Of a stretch of DNA of 64,000 bases, positions 11,943 to 24,300 are shown in pieces (the stretch's first letter is position 1; every line of letters begins with the position of its first letter). A program made the translations under genes and the position numbers. Where the stretch lies: the NCBI GenBank assembly GCA_043228905.1, contig JBHGNT010000009.1, positions 18,724,001 to 18,788,000 on the forward strand, written 5' to 3'. The DNA comes from Azolla caroliniana (Eukaryota; Plantae; Polypodiophyta). Below the pieces are notes generated by a model. It did not search any database. It saw nothing but the letters and a program-made list of their open reading frames with translations, and was not told the origin of the DNA.

Positions 11943-13770
11943 TGTTACCAATTAGGAACATTGTCTACAGTCAGTCCTTCAACATAGACCTCAAGGTGAC
12001 TGTGTTGCAAGGAATGGTACCGTTGTACCGTAATACGTAATGGGATACACCCTCGTATCCTAGCAGCGTATAAGGGAGACGGCTACAACCGAACTCCTTA
12101 GGAAGTGCACTAGTATCCGCACTTACGCCTACACCCTTACGATTAACAGTACGCAACAGAGAACAAAGAACACAGTAGACAAAACCACAGATATGCATAG
12201 AAATTAGAGAAGATAGTATTCTATTAGGAAAACGCTCTATGCACCAAAATTACACGATGCCTCTTATAGAGGATTTCTGCCCTTTATATACACATGGCCT
12301 TTAGCCGTTCATGCTTCCCGCGTGAATCGTTACATGCATTTATTACGCTTTACTATATTATAATGCTTCTACGCTTCTGTCTATCGATTACTATTCCAGC
12401 GGACAACACCTGGCACGCCTGTGGGACAGTGCCATGGCATGTTGGACCCATCCCTTTATTCTTCCTCCAAAATAGCCCGGATGTTTGGTTCTGCTCCGAT
12501 GTCCTGGTCTGAGGACAACGTAGCGTCCGTAGGCGCGTTGTTGCACAGTTCCATGTCTTGTACTTGCTCGGTGGGGCTTTCCATGGCGTCAACGTCTCCT
12601 TGTGTCGGCAGACCGAGCTCTACTGGCTCATCCCGTTCTACTGTGGCTAGCTCAGCCATCTGCGGGCTCTCGGTAGGCTGAGGCTTTGTCCTGTCCGTAA
12701 CTTCCTCAGTGTTGCCAGCCGTAGTTGTCCTCTCCAATGAATTGGGCTGAGGTTCCTCCTGTTCGGCGGTCTCACCTTTCGGTATCGCGATGGGCTCCGC
12801 TCGTTGTCCCGTGCTGCCTACCGTAGTTGTTATTTCCAGTGAAGTGGGTTGGGGTTCCTCCTGTTCGGCAGTTTCACTTTCTGATATCGCGATGGGTTCC
12901 GTGCTTAGTTGCGTGCTGCCGGCTTGCATGATTCGGTGAAACATATCCTCCTGACTTTCACCGAAATCATCCAGTAGTTGCACGAGTTCCTCGGAGTGCT
13001 GGTCCACTAGCGTGCGATAACCCTGCGCTAGGTCCTCGCGTACTATTGCAATGCCTTCCTCATTGAGTTTGTAGAAACCTCAGCCGTCTTTCCTTTAGTT
13101 CTCCCAGTCTGCCTGGTAGGTATGCAACTCCGCTGCTTGTGTTTCCCAAGCCATCCAGCCTTTATCTTGCGCCGCTTGTAATTGCGCCGTAAACCTCTCT
13201 CGATTTGTTTGAAGAAGTATGTGCACGTTGTCGGTTATTACTTGGCAGCGGTTGCGCGGTTCTTCCAGGGTTTTCTTGAGGTTTTCGATTTCTTGCTTAC
13301 TGACCGCAGCCGCTTCCTCATAATTGCTCTTTATTCCTGCCCATATCTGAGATTCCTTCGAGTGTAATTCCTCTAGCTTGCCCATTTCATTGTTCAGGCG
13401 AATTTCGAGCTGATGCCTCACCTCCTGTTCCCGTACGAGCTACTCGTCGTACCACGCTTTCTTTTTTTCCAATAACGACTGGAGTTCTGTGATCGCCGTT
13501 TCCGACTTTTGCGCATCCTCCCATAGTTTGGTGTTTCCTTCTTTTGTGCGGTTGTGCACCGCTACCTCCGCTTTGAGTTTCTCTTCGACGGCCTGCACTG
13601 TCTTTCGGCCTTCGCCTCAGATGTCCTTTTCTCTGTCAGAGGATTGGCGGAGTTCGGAGCGGAGGCGGTCAATCTCAAACAAAACGGGGATAATTACACT
13701 CCTCAACGAGTTTCGCAACGTATTTGCCTGGTCTTATGAGGATATGAGAGGCCTAGATAGAGACAACTCT
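11943..13770 (+). mobile_element. Tat/Ogre-like Gypsy remnant 1: LTR 11943-12408, tRNA-Arg-type PBS 12411-12427, antisense ORF, short pol fragment
   Basis: tgtta...caaca ends; PBS tggcacgcctgtgggac; pre-RT motif LLNEFRNVFAWSYEDMRGLD at about 13695-13760 on the PBS strand. Confidence 0.72.
12456..13650 (-). pseudogene. Antisense extra ORF of Tat-like element (coiled coil plus acidic repeat tail), copy 1
   Basis: ORFs 13095-13421 and 12456-13007 are in the same frame across stops. Motif ADWEN*RKDG*GFYKLNEE and C-terminal IRAILEEE are shared with copies 2 and 3. Confidence 0.7.
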
Positions 13771-14429
13771 TGAATGAAGCAGCAATGGTTGGACGAGATT
13801 CGAGAGACATGAATCGGACAAACGACCAGAGACTGGTCAGACAGGGCCCACAAAGATGGAAATGATGGAACAAAGATGGACACGGCAATGAAGAAAGTGA
13901 AAGATGCCAAAAACAACGGACGAAACCATAAGGACAAACGCCAGAATGGCTGGACAGTGGGCGAGAGTGGCCGGAGTGACCGGATAGCAGCCGAAGTGAC
14001 CGAAGTGGATGGACAACAATCCGAACAGCCAAAGTGGTCAGACAACAATTGGAGCGGTCGGATAGGCCGAGAGTGGTTGGACAGGAGCCAGAGAGCCGAA
14101 ATGGCCGGAGAGCGGCTGGACAAGATGGCAGTCGAACATCATCCATATGGAGACGACCTAATAAAGCAGCCGGAGCAGCTGGGTTGGGGTGGCCAGACAA
14201 CCAACGGCTAGAGCAGTGGCGGCAACCGGATGGCCATGACAAAGACAGTGGCGTCGGCCTCACAGTAGCCCGATAGTGGCAGTGGCCGAATAGCGGCCAG
14301 ATCAATGGCGATCGGATAGCCGACGAAGAAATGGCGGAAATAACCAGAAATAGCCGGTAAGAACGGTCGGACGGACTAAAACGGACCGGGACGGTCAACA
14401 GAAGGACCGGGAGGACCGCGCGCGCTGGT

Positions 14430-15955
14430 AGATCAACCAGAGGCTGAAGCAGAAGACCGATGATTTTGATCATCTGCATCGGGACTACAAGCAGCTAGAG
14501 ACGGAGTATAAGCAACAACAGGAATGGATGGCCGAGCTCCGGCAAGAAGTTGATAGGGCCACAACGGCACTCGCCGACGAACGAGCTGAGAGTTCCAAGC
14601 TATTGGAGGAAGCGGCGAATGACCGGATGGCACTCCACAAACAGAACCATGAAAACAAGGAAAGAACGACAATGGTATTACAGCGGTTGCAAACAACCTA
14701 TCAAAATCAATTGTCGCATTATAGGGAGCAGGAGGCAGAAACGGTCCGAATCATCAAGCAATTGAAAGAGGAGCGACAAGCCGCAGAAAATAAATCACGG
14801 ATGGGAGCCGAACGGATCCAGTGCAACCTCCGATCATGGTTCACTAAGACCAAAAGCTTGATTGACGACAGCTCTGTGCGTTGGTGGACGAAATGGGCGC
14901 AGAATACGGCAGAACTCCAATTGCTCAGGGCGGACGTAGAAAACCGGCGGAAGGAGGGTGACGACTGTTATACGCTAACCTCGGAGGACTTCATCGCCAT
15001 AAGGGATGAGCTGGCCGAAGATTTCATAGCCCTGGCGGATGAACAATTGGTATAGGTCCGGTAGCTCGTAGCTCAACTGGACGACAATCGGCTGGAGGCT
15101 CAAATCCAATTTGAGAGCTATGAGCGGTCCCGGCTCCGGGAAGAAAAAGCGAGAAAGGCGACAACGGTCAACCTTAGTGATGAGGAACCGTCGCCGGTAC
15201 TAGGACCAGACGGGGACCAGGCCGGGGTCAGTCAGCCAGAGACAACTCCGACGGAGGAACCAACGAAGCAAACGTCGGTGCTAGAGCAACAAACGGAGCC
15301 GCAGCCCCAAATAGAGAAGGCACAAACAGAGCAGCCACAACCACAAACGGAACAGCAGCCACAACAGCACCAACAGATTCCCGACGAACCATTGGAAATT
15401 TTGGAGTAGAGTATTCTGGACATTTTGGACGAAGCGTAAAAGGGCCGGATAATGGGTTCGACGTACAAGGTACTGTCCCACGGGCGTGCCATGTGTTACC
15501 GGCTGGCAAGAAGGCTTAAGGAGGTCCAAACCAGAGTGTGAAAAGGAATAGTTTATTCGGGAACTATTATATTTAGAAATCTTAATATATATATTAATAT
15601 ATAAGAAGAAGTGGACGGACAGACCGGAATCGGTATGCCGATCCGGATCTGGACCGATCCCAAAAAGGTGCCGGTTGGCATCGTTTTGTATTTCGCACCG
15701 GAGACCTATATAAAGGCCCGGTTACAATGTAATCGAGAGCGGATAATTAATAGAACTTATTGCTTTAATCTTTCAGCATTGATTACCGTTCTGTACTCAT
15801 TGTTATATCTTACGCGTGTTAATGATGTATTGTTAAGTAATCGATTAAGGTCTAATTAAGCGTTGTGCCGTAAGTCATTCTGTCGTACCACCCTTTGGTG
15901 AAGTGTCTTAAGTGGACACCCTGTGTTAGGCTGTTGTCTGGCCCTAGGATTAACA
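14430..15955 (-). mobile_element. Tat-like Gypsy remnant 2: LTR 15494-15955, Arg PBS 15475-15491 (minus), antisense ORF C-terminal part 14430-15439 on plus
   Basis: LTR similar to 56111-56565; PBS tggcacgcccgtgggac on minus; ORF LLRADVENRRKEGDDCY...ILDILDEA* is homologous to 35206-35400 plus 55659-56057. Confidence 0.78.
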
Positions 15956-17082
15956 GAAGATTGACCCTTTTCTGGCTTCTCCGGATCCTTCGGCTCAGTG
16001 TGATCGTTGCCGATTTCCTTTGTCAGTCTGTCTAGAACCTGGTCCGAACCTGATTCTCTCTGAATCGGCGCGCTTTTTCCAGCACTCGCTCTCCCTGCGG
16101 CCTTTCTTGCCACAGTACCAGCATTCCGCGGCGGATTTCCCTTGCCAACTCCCGTCACCTCGACTCCCACTGTTTCCAGAGGGTCTGGAATTGCTGTCGG
16201 CATCACTTCGGTGCCTTCTTCCTTGATCCCGTCGGCCACCTCCATTGCGTATCGACTCGCCTCGTCCTCCACATCCACTGGGCCTATCTCCCTCCGTGTA
16301 CAACATCTTGTTGTCGGTGTGCGTGCTCGTTGACGCACCCGTGTGGTTCTGGTCTACCAGGAGCATCGACTGTAAGTCGAAAAAGGACGGCGTATTCTCC
16401 CGGGTACACACAACAGTTCGGAACACCCCAAACTTCGACGCCAAACCCCCGAGACAAACCTGGACCATCTCGCTTTCCTCGATGTTCACATCGATGGAAG
16501 CTAAGGAGTCGCATATGTCCTTGATCTTCGAGGTATAGTCAGCCACCGACAAATCGCGTGTTCGTAGGTTGCTTAACTCCTGTCGGAGCTGAAGCTTCCT
16601 GGTTGTGGTGCTCGCGGCAAAGATCTTCTTCAGATTTTCCCACGTACCCTACGGTGTTTTTGCATCGAGAACGTAGCTTAATAGTTGTTCGCCCTCACAA
16701 GACGCAAAACAGTACAGCACTCTGCTCGCCGATTGTTCCCACGTCGGGAAGTCTTTGTGTGTCGAATCGAGTGCTGTGTCATTTGCTCCATCGACATAGC
16801 TCTAGTAACCGTGTCCGAGCAGGTACTGGTGCATCTTGTAGGACCAAGATGCGTAGTTGTTTCTGTCGAGCTTCTCTGTTGGAAGCGAGCTAGCCATTCC
16901 TCTGTCCATCGGTTTTGTCTGTTCTTCTTGGTTAGTTTTTCTTTCAAGCTATGTCGGCTGCAGAGGTTCTCAACCCTCACGCTCTGATACCATGTGAAAG
17001 ATAATGTGCGGAAGCAATAGAAAAACGAACACAGAGAAAATGCGCAGGTTTAATGGAAAGCTTAGGTTTGCATAGTACGCAC

Positions 17083-17161
<79 letters not shown>

Positions 17162-17491
17162 AAACACTAGAACTTGATTCAAAAATAATACTCAATCTGT
17201 ACATAGGATGTGCTCAGTGAGCACTTTTATACAAGCCCTGACAATCGGGCTAACACAAGTACTGACAGTACTTGACTACTCATAAATGAGCCTCGACACT
17301 TACTCCCAAAACTATTCCTTACGAGGAATATCTTTCTAACGGCCTTTCGGTCTAGGCACTGATACAACGTCTCGTTACGCACCGGTTTGTGTACCGGTTT
17401 ACGCATCCGTTTTACGCACCGGTCCGGCCTAACCGATCCGGGCCTCGGCTTGCTCAGCCGATCCGGTCGATGTTGAGCTTGTCTCTCAACA
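15956..17491 (-). mobile_element. 5' half of a Bryco-like Copia (5' LTR 16993-17491, iMet PBS 16981-16992, gag)
   Basis: PBS tggtatcagagc; gag MSVADYTSKIKDICDSL and ECWYCGKKG; LTR near-identical to 62870-63328; (GA)n tract at about 17084-17159. Confidence 0.9.
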
Positions 17492-18457
17492 AGTTCACTA
17501 TCTTCTAATTTGACTCCTAGTCGGCAATAATCTTGTCTTCCAAGAAGATTATGTCTCGACTTCGGAAGACCTTCTTGTCAACCAAGTCCCATACTCGATA
17601 TCTGAACTCATCATCGCCGTATCCAAGGAATATGCATGGCCAGGACTTCGGATCCAACTTTTCTCTCTTGTCCTTTGCAACATGCACGTAAGCGAGACAA
17701 CCTAACACCTTCAGATGCCGGTAAGACACGTCTTTATGGGTTCATACTCTCTGTGGTGTGTCTCTGTCCAAGGGTGCTAAGGGTGATCTGTTAATCACGT
17801 ACGTCGCCGTCATCATCGCCTCACCCCAAAGCGTCTTGGACAGTTTAGCATGTGCCATGACTCGCTCCATCATTGCCCGGTTCATCGTTTCAGCCAACTC
17901 GTTCAACTTCGGCGTCTTTGACACAGTGAATTCGAGCCGTATTCCCATTGACCGGAAGTACTCCTCAAACTGGCCTCGGTATTCATCTCCATTGTCTTCT
18001 CGAACCGCCTTCAACTTCCAGCCGGTTTTTCTTTCCACTCTCGCATGGAATTCCTTAAAGACGGATAGTACCTAGTCCTTCGTCTTCAATGGTGAAACAA
18101 AGTATTGCGATCCTTCATGTGACTTCGTGTCCACTTGGCATACATCGTTATGCACAAGTTCCAGTGGTGCATTCCGTCTCATCAGTGGTCTTGTCTGAAA
18201 GTAGGTTCGGTTTTTCTTGTCGGCCAAATAGTCGGTGCACTTCTCAAGTTGCACGTCTTTCACCTCAGGAATGAGATTGTCTTCGGCAAGACTTCGCATT
18301 CCCTTTTGGCTTGTGTGTCACAATCTTTTGTGCCATAGCTCATAGGCATTTCCGGATGCCATGTTCACTTCTTCCCGGCATATCCGTGCATGCATCAGGT
18401 ACAATGTGTTGATCTTCCGAGCATGAGCCACAATTAGGCTTCCCTTGTTGAACTTCA
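17492..18457 (-). pseudogene. Tork-like Copia host element F, integrase segment
   Basis: Motifs LWHKRL, LELVHNDVC, KLKAVREDNG and YRHLKVLGCLAYVHV; continues at 57658-58400 (PR/gag) across TSD CTTCA. Confidence 0.85.
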
Positions 18458-21324
18458 TGTGCGGGATATGTCCCTCCAATGGGAGGAACTGACTGTTCGA
18501 AAGTAGCTGACAGTCGAAGAGTCGACAACAAAGAGTCGATTGTTTATTATTATAGCAATAATAATAATTATGATATGTGGCAGGGGCTACAATTGTAAAT
18601 GGGCTATACGATGTATCAGTATATATACATCTAGGGCAAAATGGTGTAGACAGTAGAAGTTGGGGTAGACAGTGTAAGTGTGAGAGAGACGCGAGGGAGA
18701 GAGAGAGCAAGCGGCGCCATAGATGTGTGTGCAACAACAGACGCCAAGAGCCCTACGCGGCTGATATACTCGAGCAGAGTGTTGTAATTTTTCGATTGTA
18801 CATCCACTATATAGTGAAGTTTTGTTTACCCGTGGTTTTCTCCCGCTTTAGGGTTTCCACGTAAAACTCTGTATACTCTGTCGTTGTGTATTTTCAGCAT
18901 CGTTTGATCTTGTGATTTTACAAATCGATCTCTAACAATCTGGTATCAGAGCTCGAGGTGCAAGCATGGAAAGAGGTGTGAGCGGCTTCCCAGGCATGAT
19001 AGTTCTAAACTCACAGAACTATGCAGACTCGAAGATAAAGATGGAGGACCTTCTCATAGTCAAAGACCTGTACGAGTCAATTGACAGAGCAGATATACCC
19101 AGGGGGGTATTGGAGTCGGATTGGAAACTTCTTAACATAAAGGCGGTGGCCACCATCCGACAATGCATCGACGTAAGTGTGTCTTGCTTGTAACATGTAG
19201 CGAACGACACAAATGCACATGAGATGTGGCAGAAGTTGTCGGGTCTATATGAGAGGAAGAACGCGCTCAATAGAACCTCACTGATGAGAAAGATCATACG
19301 GTTGAAATACAGGGACGGTGAGAGCATCATCGAACACATCAACACGTTCATGGGGTATGTAAATGAACTTGTTGCGACCAAGTTTCCCTTGGATGACGCA
19401 ATGTAGGCCATCCTGCTCATGTGTACCCTGCCAGACAACTAGGAGAATTTGGTGGTTACTCTTAGCACCTACTTGTCCTTATAGACGGTGAATAAAAGCA
19501 TCCTAAATGAGGAAGCAAGGAGGAAAGACAAAGGAGTCCTGTCCCAATCAGAGTCGAATGTGACTTAACAGTCAGACAGAGGAAGAGACCGACGAAGAAG
19601 AAGTCCGCAACGAATGAACAAAACCCACGCCAGATCAAAGTCCAGAGGTAAGCCTGTGTGCTTTTATTGTGGAAAGCCTGGACACTTCCAGAAGGACTAC
19701 CGACACCTAAAGAAAGACAAGAGTGTCGGAAATAATGTCGAACCCAGGAAGGTTCCTAATGACAAGAACACTTTGTCCATTGCTACAAGTAATGAAGAAC
19801 TGTTGTTCGTTTGCGAATAGACAAGTGCAAATTTTGCAAGTGAAGAATGCACTCTGATTCTGGGGCATCATTCCACATAACTCCGTCGAGAGAGTATTTC
19901 TTGACTTACATAGTCGGGGATCATGGTTGTGTAAATATGGGTGACAATGGAGAGTGCAGGGTAACTGGAGTCGGAAGTGTCTACTTGAAGATGTCGACAG
20001 GGTGTCGACTAACTCTGAAGGATGTTCGACACGTCCCCGACATCAGATTGAATCTGATATCGACTGTAAGGTTAGATAACGAAGGCTATAGTGGTAGCTT
20101 TCGAAATGGCAAGTGGAAGTTCTGCCAAGGAAATCTCATAGTGGGCCTAGCACAGAAAGAAGGCACATTGTACATGATGCATGCCCGACAATGCAAATCA
20201 GAAGTGAACGTGGCAGCTGACTCAACAGGGGAGATATGGCATAAGAAGCTAGGCCACATGAGTGAGAAGGGAATGCACCTGTTAGCTGACCATAAACTTC
20301 TACAAGAAGTCAAGGGTGTGCACCTGGAGAAGTGCATCGACTGCTTAGCTGGAGAGAAAAACAAGGCGGCATTCCACTCAAGACCACCGAGGAGAAGAGA
20401 AGTGTCCTAGGAACTAGTACACACGGACGTGTGCTATGTGGATGCTCCATCGCATCGAGGTGGACAGTACTTTGTGACGTTCATTGACGACTATAGTCGG
20501 AAGACATGGGCCTTTGTACTGAAGTCGAAGGATCAAGTACTGTCGTTTTTCAAGGAGTTCCAGGCAAGAGCCGAAAGAGAGTCGGGTCGGAAGTTGAAGG
20601 CTGTTCGAACCGACAACGACGGTGAGTACAAAGGGCAGTTTGAGGAATACTGCAAGAGCCAAGGTATTCGGATCAAATACATAGTGCCAAAGACCCAGAG
20701 TTGAACGGGCTTACAGAGAGGATGAATCGAACAATCATGGAGAGGGTAAGGAGCATGCTCTCTCATGCGAAACTGCCAAAATCCTATTGGGCTAAGGCGA
20801 TGTACACAATTGTTTATCTTATCAGTAGGTCTCCCTCAGTACCATTAAAGGGTGATGTTCCAAAGAGAGTGTGGATAGGGAAGGATGTATCCTACAAACA
20901 CCTGAGGGTGTTTGGATGTAAATGGTGTATATGCATGTACCGAAGGATCAGATGTCAAACCTCGATAGTAAGTCGAAAGAATGCATATTCATGGGATACT
21001 TGGAAGATGAGTTCGGCTATAGGCTACGGGACCTAGTCAACAAGAAGGTAGTGAGAAGTCAGGACGTAGTCTTTGTTGAAGTTAAGACGATTCAAGACTG
21101 GAAGCAACAGAAGACGGAACCGACTCCCTAGTTAACCCTGACTACCATCGACTTAAGGCCAAGTAAATCAACATCGTCAGTTGTTCGGAGACGGCCAGTC
21201 GGGACACATCCGAATCCGAGTCGGTCTACTTGGAGAGACCAACTGACTATGAGTCAGAGTCGGAAGAGCTGCCAAGGTCAATTGAAGAGTATGAGTTGGA
21301 GTTGTCTAACTTGGAGATGCCGAT

Positions 21325-24300
21325 TATTGAGCGGCAAGCTCAACCGGATCTAGATCGGCTGAATAAGCCTGAGCCGGATCGGCATCCGGAAGGATGAGCT
21401 GGATTGGTGACCCAGTGAGAAAGTGAGCCGGTGAGCTGGGGAGCCGGTTAGCCGGATCCATCAGTAACCAGAAGGCTAGTAGCAGCTAGACTACTAGGGA
21501 GTTAATAGTCTCGTAGTCAATGCCAGACGCTCGAGTGAGCATTGAAGTAGGCGGTACTTTTGTCAATCCTCTCAGAACTTGTATAAATAGTGTTGTTGAG
21601 CACGTTTCATGTACAGAGTGTTGATATAATTTTTGAATTTAGATTATTGTTCTGCTCTCTCTTTCTCTCCCAAGTACTCTCTGTATTCTGTGTATTATTC
21701 TCTCTCTCTCTTTCTCTCTGCTACTACGCAACCAAGTTGTTGTCTTACGCTTCCGCACATACGTTTTCACATGGTATCAAAGCACGAGAGTTGAAGACTC
21801 TGCAGCCGACATTCGCTTTTGCAAGACAAACCCTACAAGTTTTGAGAACAGAACATTAGACAGTGAAAAAATATGGACAGAGGTATGGCGAGTTCGCTTC
21901 CTACAGAAAAGCTCGACTAGAGCAACTATGTGTCCTAGTCATACAAAATGCACCAGTACTTACTTGGGCATGGATATTGGAGTTTCATGGAAGGAACGAA
22001 TGAGGTAGCACCAGAGCCTGGACACAAGGACTTCCTGATATGGGAGCAAGGAGCGAGCCGAGTATTATACTGCCTCGCGTCCTGTGTGCATGACTAGATG
22101 CTCGGCTACATCAGGGATGCAAAGACGCCGAAGGAGACCTGGGAAAATTTGCATAAGATTTTCGCCGCAAGTACCACATCCCATAAGTTGCAACTTCGGC
22201 AAGAGCTGAACAACATCCGACAAAAAGATATGTCGGTTACGAACTACACCACCAAAATAAAGGAGATTTGCGACGTGCTTGGGTCCATCAACGTGACGGT
22301 GGATGAAGAAGAAATGGTACAAATCTTCGTTGGTGGTCTAGCGCAAAGGTACGGGCCAATCCGGACAACGATCTACACCCAAGAGAAACCACCGACCTTC
22401 TTCAACTTGCAATCGATGCTGATGGTTGAAGAAAACCACGTGAGTGGGGTCCAAGACCACTCAATCGGATAGCCGAATAATGTACACGGAGGCGGATAGG
22501 CCCCGTGGGCGTAGGGGACGAGGTGGGTCGGCACGCACTGGAGGCGGCTGACAAGAGTAGGAAGGCACAGAGAACGGGCTGAAAACAGTTCCGGGACTTC
22601 CACAAGCAAGGGGAGTCAAGACAGCGCCGGAGGTCGGCAAGACAAATCCGCCACAGAATGCTGGTATTGTGGCAAAAAGGGCCACAGAGAAAGCGAGTGC
22701 TGGAAGAAGCGCGCTGATTCAGACAGATCTGGATATGGCAAAACCTGTCGGGAGAACCAGCAAAGCTCGCACTATGCACAAGGATTGAAAGGATCCGGAA
22801 CCGGGAAGACCGGTAAGGGACCAACCTTGGTGATGAAGCACGAGGAAAATTCGATGAAGAAGACCACTTCCAAATCAGAGGAAGTATGGTATGTTGATTC
22901 CGGTGCCTCGAATCACATGACGAGCCACAAAGAGTGGTTCTCCTTCCTAGAGAAACTGGAACAACCGGGAGTTGTCAAAACCGGAGACGACACTCCTCAC
23001 CCAATCGTGCATATCAGAGAAGTCTCTTTGAGCCACGTCGGATAGAGGGGGAAGCTGATGAACGTATTACACGTTTCGACTATCATGAAGAACCTGGTGT
23101 CAGTTGGACAAATTGTCAACCAGGGGATGCATGTGCGGTTTACGCACCTCGGGTGCGTCATCGAGGAAGAGGGCCAAATCATTGCGCAAGGGCGCAGAGA
23201 CGGGAGGATGTTCATCCTCAACACCAATGACGTCGGCACCGCGTCGTTCGCCAAAGGACAGAAGATTGAATCGGATATTGATCTATGGCACAAGCGGATC
23301 GGCCACGTCAATTACCGGCGGCTTCAAGACTTGCAAACGAAACAAGTTATTTTCGGTTTGCCGAAGTTTAGTGGCCGGAAGACCCACCATGTATGTGAAG
23401 CCTGCCATCTCGGGAAGCAACACCGGCTTCCATTCCCCACCGAACGAAACCGTAGCCGTAACAAGCTCAACCTTATTCATTCAGATGTATGGCGACCGGC
23501 ACAGAACGTAATTCTTGGCGGGAGTCGATATTTCATCTCCATCATCGACGACTACAACCGGCACACATGGATCTACCTCAATGAGCGGAAGAGCGAAGTC
23601 TTCGACTGTTTCCGGAACCTCCAAAGCATGGAGGAGTGGGAATCGGAGAGAAAGATCAAGTTCCTATGGTCGGATGGCGGAAAAGAATATTTTTCCGGCC
23701 AATTCAACAGTTATCTGCAGCAAACAGGAATTCGGCGAGAGTTCGGCTGTAGATACACACCGGAACAGAACAGTGTAGCTGAGAGGAAGAACCGGTCGTT
23801 TATCGACGCGGCAAGGGCAATGCTGGAAGAGAAGAGCATGCCCCATTTCTACTGGGCGGAGGCGGTCCGGACGGCCGTCTATATCCAAAACCGGATCGGT
23901 GACAAGGTGTCCGCGCATGAGCTGTATTTCGGGCGCAAGCCAAATTTGCGACACCTTCGGATATTTGGTAGCATTGCATATGTGCATGTGTCGGATGAGA
24001 AGCGGAGGAAGTTGGATTCAAAGTCGGAAAAATGCATCCTAGTCGGTTACTCGCATGAGCAAAAGGGGTATAAATGTTATAAACCCCGAACAAAGTAGGT
24101 CCGAGTTAACCGGGATGTTGAGTTTGATGAGACGGCATCATGGTATGCCTTACCGGCACCAACTTCCAACCCCGACCCGATACCAGAGGATGAGGCTAGT
24201 GAGCCTGAACTGGTTCAGTTAGAAGATGAAGACGTCGGCACTCTAGAAGAGAGTCTAATCTCATTTCGGTTAAGTGGACCGAATGAGCAGGTGAGTCGAG

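Noticed and set aside
13703-14479. 258-aa minus-strand ORF and many other short track ORFs
   Set aside because: They are shadow frames of GC-rich repeats, TE coding strands or LTR microsatellites, with no motifs.
11943-15955. Single element with inverted LTRs
   Set aside because: The two LTRs are dissimilar, there is no shared TSD (gacat versus gaaga), and they sit in different hosts.
17084-17159. (GA)n and poly-G (about 30988-31014) length differences between LTR pairs
   Set aside because: Ordinary slippage or sequencing uncertainty.
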